Positions 61,301 through 64,000 of a stretch of DNA of 64,000 bases are shown here, one piece after another. The translations under genes and the position numbers were made by a program. The notes under the pieces are model-generated. The model made no database searches and was not told the origin of the DNA. It saw only the letters and a program-made list of their open reading frames with translations. Numbering within the stretch: position 1 is the stretch's first letter; each line of letters starts with the position of its first letter. This DNA is from Pocillopora damicornis (Eukaryota): assembly GCF_003704095.1 (NCBI RefSeq), contig NW_020845673.1, positions 124,001 to 188,000 on the forward strand, written 5' to 3'.

Positions 61301-64000
61301 AGGTTTCGACGTGGTCTCCGTAACTTTTTTTTTCATAGCTTTATAAGGATTCCAAACGAATCAGCTGATTGCACTCTATGTAACAGTCACATGAGTAATC
61401 GCTTGATACAATTTGACTGTACTCGTTATAATGAGGCCGTGAACAACTTTTTCACGTAATAACATGTGTTTTTGGATTGTTAAAGTTATTCACAGCCAAC
61501 ACAGACCGCCACTCATTGGTGTATCATCGATTCAGAAAGAGACTCCCAGCTGTGTATGTCAGGGTTTACCCTAAGACCTGGTACAGTTGGATATCAATGA
61601 GAATCGAATTGTATGGATGTTCAGGTATTTGAGAAGTTATGGCAGAGTAGAAAACAAATAGAAATCAAGTTTTGAAGCTTTCATCAATAAAAAATTGCTG
61701 TGCACAGCAGTCAGATACACTTTTATCAGTTTTCTTTTTCTTTTTTTTTTCCTTTGTTTATTTGTTTTGCAATTGCACGTATAAGAAAACCCGTTTACCG
61801 TGAGCCTATCGCTAAGCTATGAACCCCTCCCTCCTTACGGGGACTTACTAGATTTCAGGCTTGCCAGGAGTGGGGGTGCATGCACTTTTAGATAGGGAGG
61901 GGGTGTAAAAAAGGGGCGAATTTTCAATTCTTTAAATTTTCTTCGTTATTGTTTGTTGTTGTTTTTTCCAAAATGTTTATATTTTCGCAAATTTTTATTT
62001 TGATACAGCTGCTGTTTGTAACAAAGCCTTGGGTATGAAGAGTGGTGCTATCAGGAATAAGCAAATCACAGCTTCTTCAGAGTGGGACAAATACCACAAT
62101 GCCAGACTGTCTAGGCTGGGGACAGTCAAACGGGGTCGGTACAGGGGGGCCTGGAGCGCACGCCACAACAATCACCATCAGTGGCTTAAAGTGGACTTTA
62201 GACGACCGATGAAAATCAAGAAAATAGTCACAAAAGGTCGACAGGATACCAACCAATGGGTAACAAGATACCAAGTGACGTACAGTCAAGATGGAACACA
62301 CTGGACCATGTACAGATACAAGAGTAACGATGTGGTACGTATTATCAGCGGCACTTATTGAAAGAAAATATCGTATTACAAGGTTTACTCTGTCAACTAA
62401 ATCAATACAGGACTATTTTGTCGTTTCATCGCCTGAGTTAAAAGTTAAATAAGAAATTTGCTATTTGGGATTATTGTGAATCGTAATCATGGAAACAGAA
62501 AAAATTGGAAAGGAATTAGGACGAAAGTACTGAGTCTACCGAGGAAAAATTTTCCCAAATGCGTCTGTTTTAAGCACTGTTAAAAATGGGAAATCATTTT
62601 TAACCCACGTCTTCATTTCTCATGACACTTCCTTCAGTATTCTTCCTACGTTTTAAGGAAAAGCGCGGAAGGCATTGCGAAGGCTTTTCTTATAAATAAT
62701 CCGATTCATGAAGCGTTTGGAACTTTTAAACAAAACAAGCTTAAAAGTAACCCTTGACATTTCATGTGATATTTATAATGCATGTGCCATTTAAACTGTT
62801 ATTTATTGGTTGCATCTTACAGTACTTCCAAGGAAACCGAGACCAACACAGTCTCGTATGTAATGTACTTAACCCACCAGTGATCGCTCGTTTTATGCGC
62901 ATCATTCCACGAGGATGGTATCGGCACATCAGTATGAGGATAGAGTTCTATGGATGCAAAGCAGGTAAAAGAGAGAAGAAAAAGATGGTATCGAAGCTGT
63001 TGCGCATAGGTTATATGACATTAGGTCGTGTTGTATTGGGATCAATGGCTTAACGTTGGGTTGGCCTATTGAATTCACACCTCTTTTATTTGGAAAAAAA
63101 CCGTTCTAAGTTTAACCGGTTGATCAAAGTTTTCAAACGAGATTAAATAGGGTTCAAACGGTTGAAAATCTGAGAGTCTGATCACTCTTTCACAATTTAT
63201 TCCCATTATCAAAATTTTCTTAATTTTCTATTTTCCTATTAATCACTTGTTATGCTTTCATTTTTCGCCTCACCTATAACTGTAGACAAGTGCGAAGCGC
63301 CGCTCGGAATCCAAGATGGCCGCATAACGCAATCTATGATGTCTGCGTCCACGTTCTACAACCGATATTATGGTCCATGGTCTGCCAGACTGCAGGCTCG
63401 GAATCACGGTGCAACCCGTGGCGGCTGGATAGCTAGGATTAACAACAATCGACAATGGCTGCAGATCGACCTCGGAGCCAAATCTGTCGTTAAGAAGATT
63501 GCCACTCAAGGCAGATACGATGCTAATCAATGGGTTACTAGTTACACGCTTTCGATCAGTAACAATGCTGTCAGGTTTTATCCTTACAAGGAAAATAGGC
63601 GCACTAGGGTAAGTACACCACCTTTTTGTTTGTTTGTTTGTTTGTTAGTTTGGAGAACTACGTCGAATTAGTCAAAGACGATAATTGCAATCCTTACATT
63701 GACTTAACGTTTCCTTTGCCTCCGGCTCGTGATTTACCAACTTTTTTCGTGGGCTAATACGCTACTATTAACCCACGCTAGTAAACCAATGAAAAGTGTG
63801 CTCTGTTACTTTTTCTAAAATTTACCACAATTTTTAGTGGGTTTACCGGTGCAATTAACGAAACGTTTTTGGCGTTAATCGTACAAACAGGTGCTCTTGG
63901 TATTTCAGTCTTTACATAAAATTGGATAAGTACTGTTTATTAGACTTAAAATATTAATTTTTTACTGTCTCTCCTATCCTGTCCATATCAAAACAGATCT
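110..64000 (+). CDS. Giant multi-exon tandem F5/8 type C (discoidin/FA58C) protein, internal part only: at least 43 domains, about 6,600 aa, octamer super-repeat (A-H)n
   Basis: 86 exons bounded by AG/GT with consistent phases (long exons 3n+2, short exons 3n+1); FA58C motifs CxxPLG..TASS..ARL..GAW..QWLQVD..ATQGR..QWVTxY / FxGNxD..RxxPxxW..ISMRVExYGC; next short exon begins at 63997. Confidence 0.93.
784..966. mobile_element. MITE-like repeat family 2 (TTAA-flanked)
   Basis: TTAATCCTTTAACTCCC..CAATACCAAATTCTC..GAGATCTTGAGAGTTAAAG; related copies at about 2628-2831, 25040-25207, 47256-47440. Confidence 0.6.
1064..1205 (+). CDS. FA58C domain A1, short exon
   Basis: 142 nt; MFRGNMNR..EVYGCST. 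Confidence 0.9.
1714..2018 (+). CDS. FA58C domain B1, long exon
   Basis: 305 nt; GLCNGVLGLQNG..QAWCARY. Confidence 0.9.
2290..2431 (+). CDS. FA58C domain B1, short exon
   Basis: 142 nt; YFPGSRD..ICMRVEFYGCPA. Confidence 0.9.
2628..2831. mobile_element. MITE-like repeat family 2
   Basis: Shares AAGCA(G/A)ACAA..TTAGT..CAATACC core with 784-966; ends AAAAGGTTAA. Confidence 0.6.
2966..3288 (+). CDS. FA58C domain C1, long exon
   Basis: 323 nt; DRCFVPLGMQDG..ARLQARNYGSTRGGW. Confidence 0.9.
3405..3652. mobile_element. MITE-like repeat family 1 (TTAACCCTTT..AAAGGGTTAA type) with internal AT-rich expansion
   Basis: TTAACCCTTTACGCCCTAACATT..CATATTCTCC..GAGCTTCT..TAAGGAGAA..TAGTCACTCTTAGGGG. Confidence 0.65.
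3846..3987 (+). CDS. FA58C domain C1, short exon
   Basis: 142 nt; MFSGNSDR..ELYGCRH. Confidence 0.9.
4209..4390 (+). CDS. FA58C domain D1, long exon 5' part (split by an extra intron)
   Basis: 182 nt; GPLCNRPMG..YQFLQ|gt. Confidence 0.88.
4929..5072 (+). CDS. FA58C domain D1, long exon 3' part
   Basis: 144 nt; VDFSRAA..HTRK; 182+144=326 as in other D exons. Confidence 0.88.
5460..5601 (+). CDS. FA58C domain D1, short exon
   Basis: 142 nt; YFPGNRDQN..EFYGCLT. Confidence 0.9.
6241..6563 (+). CDS. FA58C domain E1, long exon
   Basis: 323 nt; DHCKMPLGVED..NYNHGPDR. Confidence 0.9.
7192..7339 (+). CDS. FA58C domain E1, short exon
   Basis: 148 nt; VFSGNFDR..EVFGCYYGG. Confidence 0.9.
7775..8103 (+). 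CDS. FA58C domain F1, long exon
   Basis: 329 nt; ARFCTNPVG..KHWWNYVK. Confidence 0.9.
8520..8723. mobile_element. MITE-like repeat family 1
   Basis: CCTAACATCAGTATGCATATTCTCCATAC..AGTCACTCT..AAAGAGTTAA. Confidence 0.7.
8886..9027 (+). CDS. FA58C domain F1, short exon
   Basis: 142 nt; QFPGNYDR..ELYGCPW. Confidence 0.9.
9590..9912 (+). CDS. FA58C domain G1, long exon
   Basis: 323 nt; SHCDMPLGLEDG..RRRYSRFGGGW. Confidence 0.9.
10091..10232 (+). CDS. FA58C domain G1, short exon
   Basis: 142 nt; IFRGNNDR..EFYGCVY. Confidence 0.9.
10749..11074 (+). CDS. FA58C domain H1, long exon
   Basis: 326 nt; GKRCNQPLG..RRVGHRVGAWCARHN. Confidence 0.9.
11448..11658. mobile_element. MITE-like repeat family 1
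   Basis: Same core; ends AAAGGGTTAA. Confidence 0.7.
11717..11858 (+). CDS. FA58C domain H1, short exon
   Basis: 142 nt; YLTGNRDQN..ELYGCST. Confidence 0.9.
11995..12105. repeat. Short palindromic element
   Basis: TACCCCTCCCCTAACCC..GGGGTAGGGAAGGGGTA inverted arms. Confidence 0.55.
12428..12732 (+). CDS. FA58C domain A2, long exon
   Basis: 305 nt; GRCSLPLGLED. Confidence 0.9.
12953..13091 (+). CDS. FA58C domain A2, short exon
   Basis: 139 nt; VFTGNSNR..EIYGCY. Confidence 0.9.
13170..13340. repeat. Compound tetranucleotide microsatellite (GATT/GACT/GACA)n
   Basis: Directly visible. Confidence 0.95.
13755..14071 (+). CDS. FA58C domain B2, long exon
   Basis: 317 nt; VFSCSSPLVRKLP. Confidence 0.87.
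14548..14689 (+). CDS. FA58C domain B2, short exon
   Basis: 142 nt; YFQGNRDRN..EFYGCRA. Confidence 0.9.
14985..15307 (+). CDS. FA58C domain C2, long exon
   Basis: 323 nt; DPCDVPLGMEDG. Confidence 0.9.
15408..15549 (+). CDS. FA58C domain C2, short exon
   Basis: 142 nt; VFQGNIER..ELYGCRL. Confidence 0.9.
15635..15817. mobile_element. TA-flanked MITE with about 30-bp terminal inverted repeats (Tc1/mariner-type geometry)
   Basis: TA|TGTCAGAAATGCATGCAATAACGAAAATG..CATTTTCGTTACAGCATGCATTTCTGGACG|TA. Confidence 0.7.
16092..16417 (+). CDS. FA58C domain D2, long exon
   Basis: 326 nt; GPLCNRPMGLQSG. Confidence 0.9.
16703..16844 (+). CDS. FA58C domain D2, short exon
   Basis: 142 nt; YFSGNHDRN..EFYGCRI. 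Confidence 0.9.
17296..17618 (+). CDS. FA58C domain E2, long exon
   Basis: 323 nt; DRFTMPLG (N-terminal Cys replaced by Phe). Confidence 0.9.
18214..18358 (+). CDS. FA58C domain E2, short exon
   Basis: 145 nt; MFRGNYD..ELYGGRLR. Confidence 0.9.
18450..18781 (+). CDS. FA58C domain F2, long exon
   Basis: 332 nt; ENFCDAPVG..YWWSYAPR. Confidence 0.9.
19364..19505 (+). CDS. FA58C domain F2, short exon
   Basis: 142 nt; TFQGNRDQ..ELYGSPW. Confidence 0.9.
19615..19813. mobile_element. MITE-like repeat family 1
   Basis: TTAACCCT..AAAGGGTTAA terminal inverted repeats with shared core. Confidence 0.7.
20095..20417 (+). CDS. FA58C domain G2, long exon
   Basis: 323 nt; RCDMPLGIED. Confidence 0.9.
20817..20958 (+). 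CDS. FA58C domain G2, short exon
   Basis: 142 nt; IFLGNYDQ..ELYGCVV. Confidence 0.9.
21364..21689 (+). CDS. FA58C domain H2, long exon
   Basis: 326 nt; GARCNRPLG. Confidence 0.9.
21932..22029 (-). pseudogene. Degenerate intron-containing tRNA-Met (elongator-type) pseudogene
   Basis: Reverse complement GCCTTGTTAGCACAATAGGCAGCAGCGCATCAGTCTCAAG-[insert]-AATTTAAAGGTCGTGGGTACGATCCTCAAATGGGGCA follows the eukaryotic tRNA-Met(CAU) layout as recalled (GCCTCGTTAGCGCAGTAGG..CAGTCTCATAATCTGAAGGTCGTGAGTTCGATCCTCACACGGGGCA); anticodon and T-loop mutated. Confidence 0.7.
22138..22279 (+). CDS. FA58C domain H2, short exon
   Basis: 142 nt; YFQGNRDQN..EFYGCAE. Confidence 0.9.
22728..23032 (+). CDS. FA58C domain A3, long exon
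   Basis: 305 nt; DRFVMPLG (N-terminal Cys replaced by Phe). Confidence 0.9.
23564..23702 (+). CDS. FA58C domain A3, short exon
   Basis: 139 nt; VFSGNTNR..EVYGAS. Confidence 0.9.
23810..23940. repeat. Imperfect palindrome
   Basis: ATCGTAGAA..GATTTATCGTACAC / GTGAACGATAAATC..TTCTACGAT. Confidence 0.6.
24002..24327 (+). CDS. FA58C domain B3, long exon
   Basis: 326 nt; ASPCNKPLG. Confidence 0.9.
24802..24943 (+). CDS. FA58C domain B3, short exon
   Basis: 142 nt; LFQANRDQN..EYYGCVA. Confidence 0.9.
25357..25679 (+). CDS. FA58C domain C3, long exon
   Basis: 323 nt; DRCDVPLGVRDG. Confidence 0.9.
26303..26444 (+). CDS. FA58C domain C3, short exon
   Basis: 142 nt; IFQGNTER..ELYGCRL. Confidence 0.9.
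27179..27504 (+). CDS. FA58C domain D3, long exon
   Basis: 326 nt; GVLCNRPMG. Confidence 0.9.
28181..28322 (+). CDS. FA58C domain D3, short exon
   Basis: 142 nt; YFTGNRDQN..EFYGCFT. Confidence 0.9.
28422..28744 (+). CDS. FA58C domain E3, long exon
   Basis: 323 nt; DRCVMPLG. Confidence 0.9.
28774..28985. mobile_element. MITE-like repeat family 1
   Basis: ATCAGTATGCATATTCT..TTATTCTCGTGACCTTAATGTTTGATTCAG core. Confidence 0.65.
29136..29280 (+). CDS. FA58C domain E3, short exon
   Basis: 145 nt; VFRGNYD..ELYGCRLR. Confidence 0.9.
29546..29874 (+). CDS. FA58C domain F3, long exon
   Basis: 329 nt; ERFCDSPLG. Confidence 0.9.
30270..30411 (+). CDS. FA58C domain F3, short exon
   Basis: 142 nt; TFQGNRDR..ELYGAPW. 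Confidence 0.9.
30741..31063 (+). CDS. FA58C domain G3, long exon
   Basis: 323 nt; RCDMPLGVEDG. Confidence 0.9.
31492..31633 (+). CDS. FA58C domain G3, short exon
   Basis: 142 nt; IFQGNYDR..EFYGCVV. Confidence 0.9.
31732..32057 (+). CDS. FA58C domain H3, long exon
   Basis: 326 nt; GPKCDKPLG. Confidence 0.9.
32263..32535. repeat. Two-copy direct repeat, about 138-bp period
   Basis: TGTTGA(A/G)GTCAAATCCTGCGATTATCAT..ATTGGCTAAGAGCT..AGCAGTTATCTA at 32263 and 32401. Confidence 0.85.
32670..33794 (-). CDS. Intronless rhodopsin-family (class A) GPCR, peptide-receptor-like, nested in host intron (paralogue 1, 374 aa from first ATG)
   Basis: Seven hydrophobic segments; TM1 GN, TM2 NMAVSDL, TM3 CK..IAIDRF, TM4 STW, TM5 VPLF..Y, TM7 INPVIC, C-tail LCCCF; ORF track starts at a TTG (33839), first ATG at 33794. 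Confidence 0.9.
   Translation of the reverse strand: MQGLNETTHDHQQMNCSYQELSASEDNFKLITYCFLLLGSLFGNIFIIIIVYKNQDLHKTVNYFIVNMAVSDLVFPLVWLPVEIVAKANNSTWWRWYLSGTFGSITCKFIIFVSQVSFLVSSQSFVWIAIDRFFAVVFPVRLGFISKKIRMIAIASTWSLAAAFCFTYLLSLDLRKEGNHACCKHTTFVSINQKYFTIYLWFQTTLLYFVPLFISTLLYAAITSALHKQSKSLANSGPRIQRNIFEKRKRAIRLSVVTMVTYFLSVSPAMLVRLHFSRVLPLSCTMIEVLRVTADVCHYASTVINPVICLSFVQSYRRGLRNILCCCFRKQRDETAQQGQITQKEIITPSGANYRNRRNCKVSANNEETLDTTL
34745..34843 (-). pseudogene. Remnant of a third GPCR paralogue (C-terminal tail only)
   Basis: Translates as LCSCCSKRSNEKAKLERIT-(frameshift)-GMKNFSRDNDR, aligning with LCYCFRTRRDETGKREQKTPTEMKSSSTANCR of paralogue 2. Confidence 0.55.
35420..36553 (-). CDS. Intronless rhodopsin-family (class A) GPCR, nested in host intron (paralogue 2, 377 aa from first ATG)
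   Basis: Same motifs (GN, NMAVSDL, IAIDRF, STW, INPVIC); clear paralogue of 32670-33794; first ATG at 36553. Confidence 0.9.
   Translation of the reverse strand: MPLQGLNETEHDHQQTNCSYQELPAAVDNFKLCMYCFLLLGSLFGNIFIIIIVYKHRDLQKTVNYFIVNMAVSDLVFPLALLPLEIVSMATGSTLTRWYVDGIFGSITCKSIHFVAQVSPAVSSQSFVWIAIDRFVAILFPVRLGLVSRKIRVIAIASTWILAAAINSNHLVSQDLHIRDNKTFCEVKLVSAITEETYFAISYYMQLFLNTFGSFFLSAVLYTAIAVSLHKQSKALANSGPNIQRNVFKKRKRAIQLSAVTMVTYYLTVTIPMLSYLQHRKVFRFPCNVMKVVSFMGDLCQYASTVINPVICLSFVHSYRQGLRNILCYCFRTRRDETGKREQKTPTEMKSSSTANCRNRRNCKVSANNDEILDTAL
38201..38342 (+). CDS. FA58C domain H3, short exon (after 6,143-nt intron)
   Basis: 142 nt; YFTGNRDQN..EFYGCTE. Confidence 0.9.
38575..38755 (-). mobile_element. 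Possible remnant of a Penelope-like retroelement terminus
   Basis: Reverse strand ..CTTCCGCTCTGATTGTCGAAACGTCAGTCAC..ACAACAGTCCTA resembles termini I recall from this class; no ORF. Confidence 0.35.
38810..39114 (+). CDS. FA58C domain A4, long exon
   Basis: 305 nt; DRCAMPLG. Confidence 0.9.
39124..39338. mobile_element. MITE-like repeat family 1 (diverged)
   Basis: TTAACCCTGTACACTCTAACATTAGTATG..; further decayed copies at about 4015-4145, 22296-22442, 31105-31275, 34915-35103. Confidence 0.55.
39527..39665 (+). CDS. FA58C domain A4, short exon
   Basis: 139 nt; IFTANTDR..EFYGCS. Confidence 0.9.
40256..40581 (+). CDS. FA58C domain B4, long exon
   Basis: 326 nt; ASLCNRALG..GAWCPKH. Confidence 0.9.
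40880..41021 (+). CDS. FA58C domain B4, short exon
   Basis: 142 nt; LFQANRDQN..PCLRAEFYGCPV. Confidence 0.9.
41379..41701 (+). CDS. FA58C domain C4, long exon
   Basis: 323 nt; DRCDVPLGIQDG. Confidence 0.9.
41930..42071 (+). CDS. FA58C domain C4, short exon
   Basis: 142 nt; LFQANTER..ELYGCRL. Confidence 0.9.
42524..42849 (+). CDS. FA58C domain D4, long exon
   Basis: 326 nt; GHLCNRPMG. Confidence 0.9.
43238..43471. repeat. 28-bp minisatellite, about 8 copies
   Basis: Consensus CGAACGAACGGAAGCTCGGTAATACTTC, head to tail, no spacers. Confidence 0.9.
43522..43663 (+). CDS. FA58C domain D4, short exon
   Basis: 142 nt; YFTGNRDQN..EFYGCLT. Confidence 0.9.
43762..44084 (+). CDS. FA58C domain E4, long exon
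   Basis: 323 nt; DKCTMPLG. Confidence 0.9.
44615..44759 (+). CDS. FA58C domain E4, short exon
   Basis: 145 nt; LFRGNYD..ELYGCRYK. Confidence 0.9.
45151..45479 (+). CDS. FA58C domain F4, long exon
   Basis: 329 nt; ERFCDRIQG. Confidence 0.9.
45963..46104 (+). CDS. FA58C domain F4, short exon
   Basis: 142 nt; TFRGNYDR..EVYGGAW. Confidence 0.9.
46607..46929 (+). CDS. FA58C domain G4, long exon
   Basis: 323 nt; SKCDVPLG; exon starts with GTAAGT. Confidence 0.87.
47594..47735 (+). CDS. FA58C domain G4, short exon
   Basis: 142 nt; IFPGNFDR..ELYGCVI. Confidence 0.9.
48400..48725 (+). CDS. FA58C domain H4, long exon
   Basis: 326 nt; GPRCDKPLG. Confidence 0.9.
49111..49252 (+). CDS. FA58C domain H4, short exon
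   Basis: 142 nt; YFTGNRDQN..EFYGCVE. Confidence 0.9.
49566..49870 (+). CDS. FA58C domain A5, long exon
   Basis: 305 nt; DRCNIPLG. Confidence 0.9.
50180..50467. mobile_element. MITE-like dispersed repeat (family 3)
   Basis: Ends TTTTCAATAGGGTGTCGAAA..TTTACGACACTCAATCGAAA form imperfect inverted repeats; related pieces near 5095-5165, 53115-53260, 58130-58300. Confidence 0.55.
50534..50672 (+). CDS. FA58C domain A5, short exon
   Basis: 139 nt; VFSGNSDR..ELFGCT. Confidence 0.9.
50928..51253 (+). CDS. FA58C domain B5, long exon
   Basis: 326 nt; SALCSTPLG. Confidence 0.9.
51713..51854 (+). CDS. FA58C domain B5, short exon
   Basis: 142 nt; TFRGNNDQN..EIYGCKA. Confidence 0.9.
51978..52300 (+). 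CDS. FA58C domain C5, long exon
   Basis: 323 nt; DPCDVPLG. Confidence 0.9.
52908..53049 (+). CDS. FA58C domain C5, short exon
   Basis: 142 nt; IFQANIER..ELYGCRL. Confidence 0.9.
53507..53832 (+). CDS. FA58C domain D5, long exon
   Basis: 326 nt; GRMCNQPMG. Confidence 0.9.
54212..54353 (+). CDS. FA58C domain D5, short exon
   Basis: 142 nt; YFTGNRDRN..EFYGCFT. Confidence 0.9.
54714..55036 (+). CDS. FA58C domain E5, long exon
   Basis: 323 nt; DRCTMPLG. Confidence 0.9.
55432..55576 (+). CDS. FA58C domain E5, short exon
   Basis: 145 nt; RFRGNYD..ELYGCRYK. Confidence 0.9.
55947..56275 (+). CDS. FA58C domain F5, long exon
   Basis: 329 nt; EYVCDRPLG. Confidence 0.9.
56991..57132 (+). CDS. FA58C domain F5, short exon
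   Basis: 142 nt; TFPANVDR..ELYGCPW. Confidence 0.9.
57716..58038 (+). CDS. FA58C domain G5, long exon (correct frame missed by the ORF track)
   Basis: 323 nt; RCDVPLGVEDG..YYCAPRNARLHQRRVGRFGGAWCAK. Confidence 0.9.
58392..58533 (+). CDS. FA58C domain G5, short exon
   Basis: 142 nt; IFAGNYDR..EFYGCII. Confidence 0.9.
59193..59518 (+). CDS. FA58C domain H5, long exon
   Basis: 326 nt; GPRCDKPLG. Confidence 0.9.
60025..60166 (+). CDS. FA58C domain H5, short exon
   Basis: 142 nt; YFTGNRDQN..EFFGCPE. Confidence 0.9.
60688..60992 (+). CDS. FA58C domain A6, long exon
   Basis: 305 nt; DPCGVPLG. Confidence 0.9.
61486..61624 (+). CDS. FA58C domain A6, short exon
   Basis: 139 nt; LFTANTDR..ELYGCS. 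Confidence 0.9.
62009..62334 (+). CDS. FA58C domain B6, long exon
   Basis: 326 nt; AAVCNKALG. Confidence 0.9.
62823..62964 (+). CDS. FA58C domain B6, short exon
   Basis: 142 nt; YFQGNRDQH..EFYGCKA. Confidence 0.9.
63286..63608 (+). CDS. FA58C domain C6, long exon
   Basis: 323 nt; DKCEAPLG. Confidence 0.9.

Noticed and set aside
110-63608. Assigning a vertebrate symbol (MFGE8, EDIL3, F5, F8, RS1, NRP)
   Set aside because: Only the domain family is shared; no EGF, CUB, A-domain or TM regions, and the architecture differs
82-63671. Dozens of separate 60-230 aa discoidin ORFs read as independent small genes
   Set aside because: Homology starts and stops at AG/GT sites with consistent phases; the ORF ends are intron read-through

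Overview
Eukaryotic, AT-rich, intron-containing DNA, most likely a stony coral (the intronic repeat families look scleractinian; inferred from pattern recognition, no search run). The whole + strand is the interior of one giant spliced gene built from tandem F5/8 type C (discoidin/FA58C) domains, with no start or stop in the window. I hand-spliced 86 GT-AG exons (about 19.8 kb, about 6,600 aa) encoding 42 complete domains and one partial; exon lengths keep one frame throughout. Each domain has a long phase 1-0 exon (305-332 nt) and a short phase 0-1 exon (139-148 nt). The domains form a strict eight-type super-repeat (A-H)x5 + A,B,C, itself built on an alternating two-domain unit. They are strongly cationic, rich in Trp/Tyr/His and joined by 4-7 residue linkers. 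One 6.1-kb intron (32058-38200) holds two intronless rhodopsin-family GPCR paralogues on the - strand plus a remnant of a third. Other introns carry a decayed intron-containing tRNA-Met, several MITE-like families, a 28-bp hairpin minisatellite and microsatellites.
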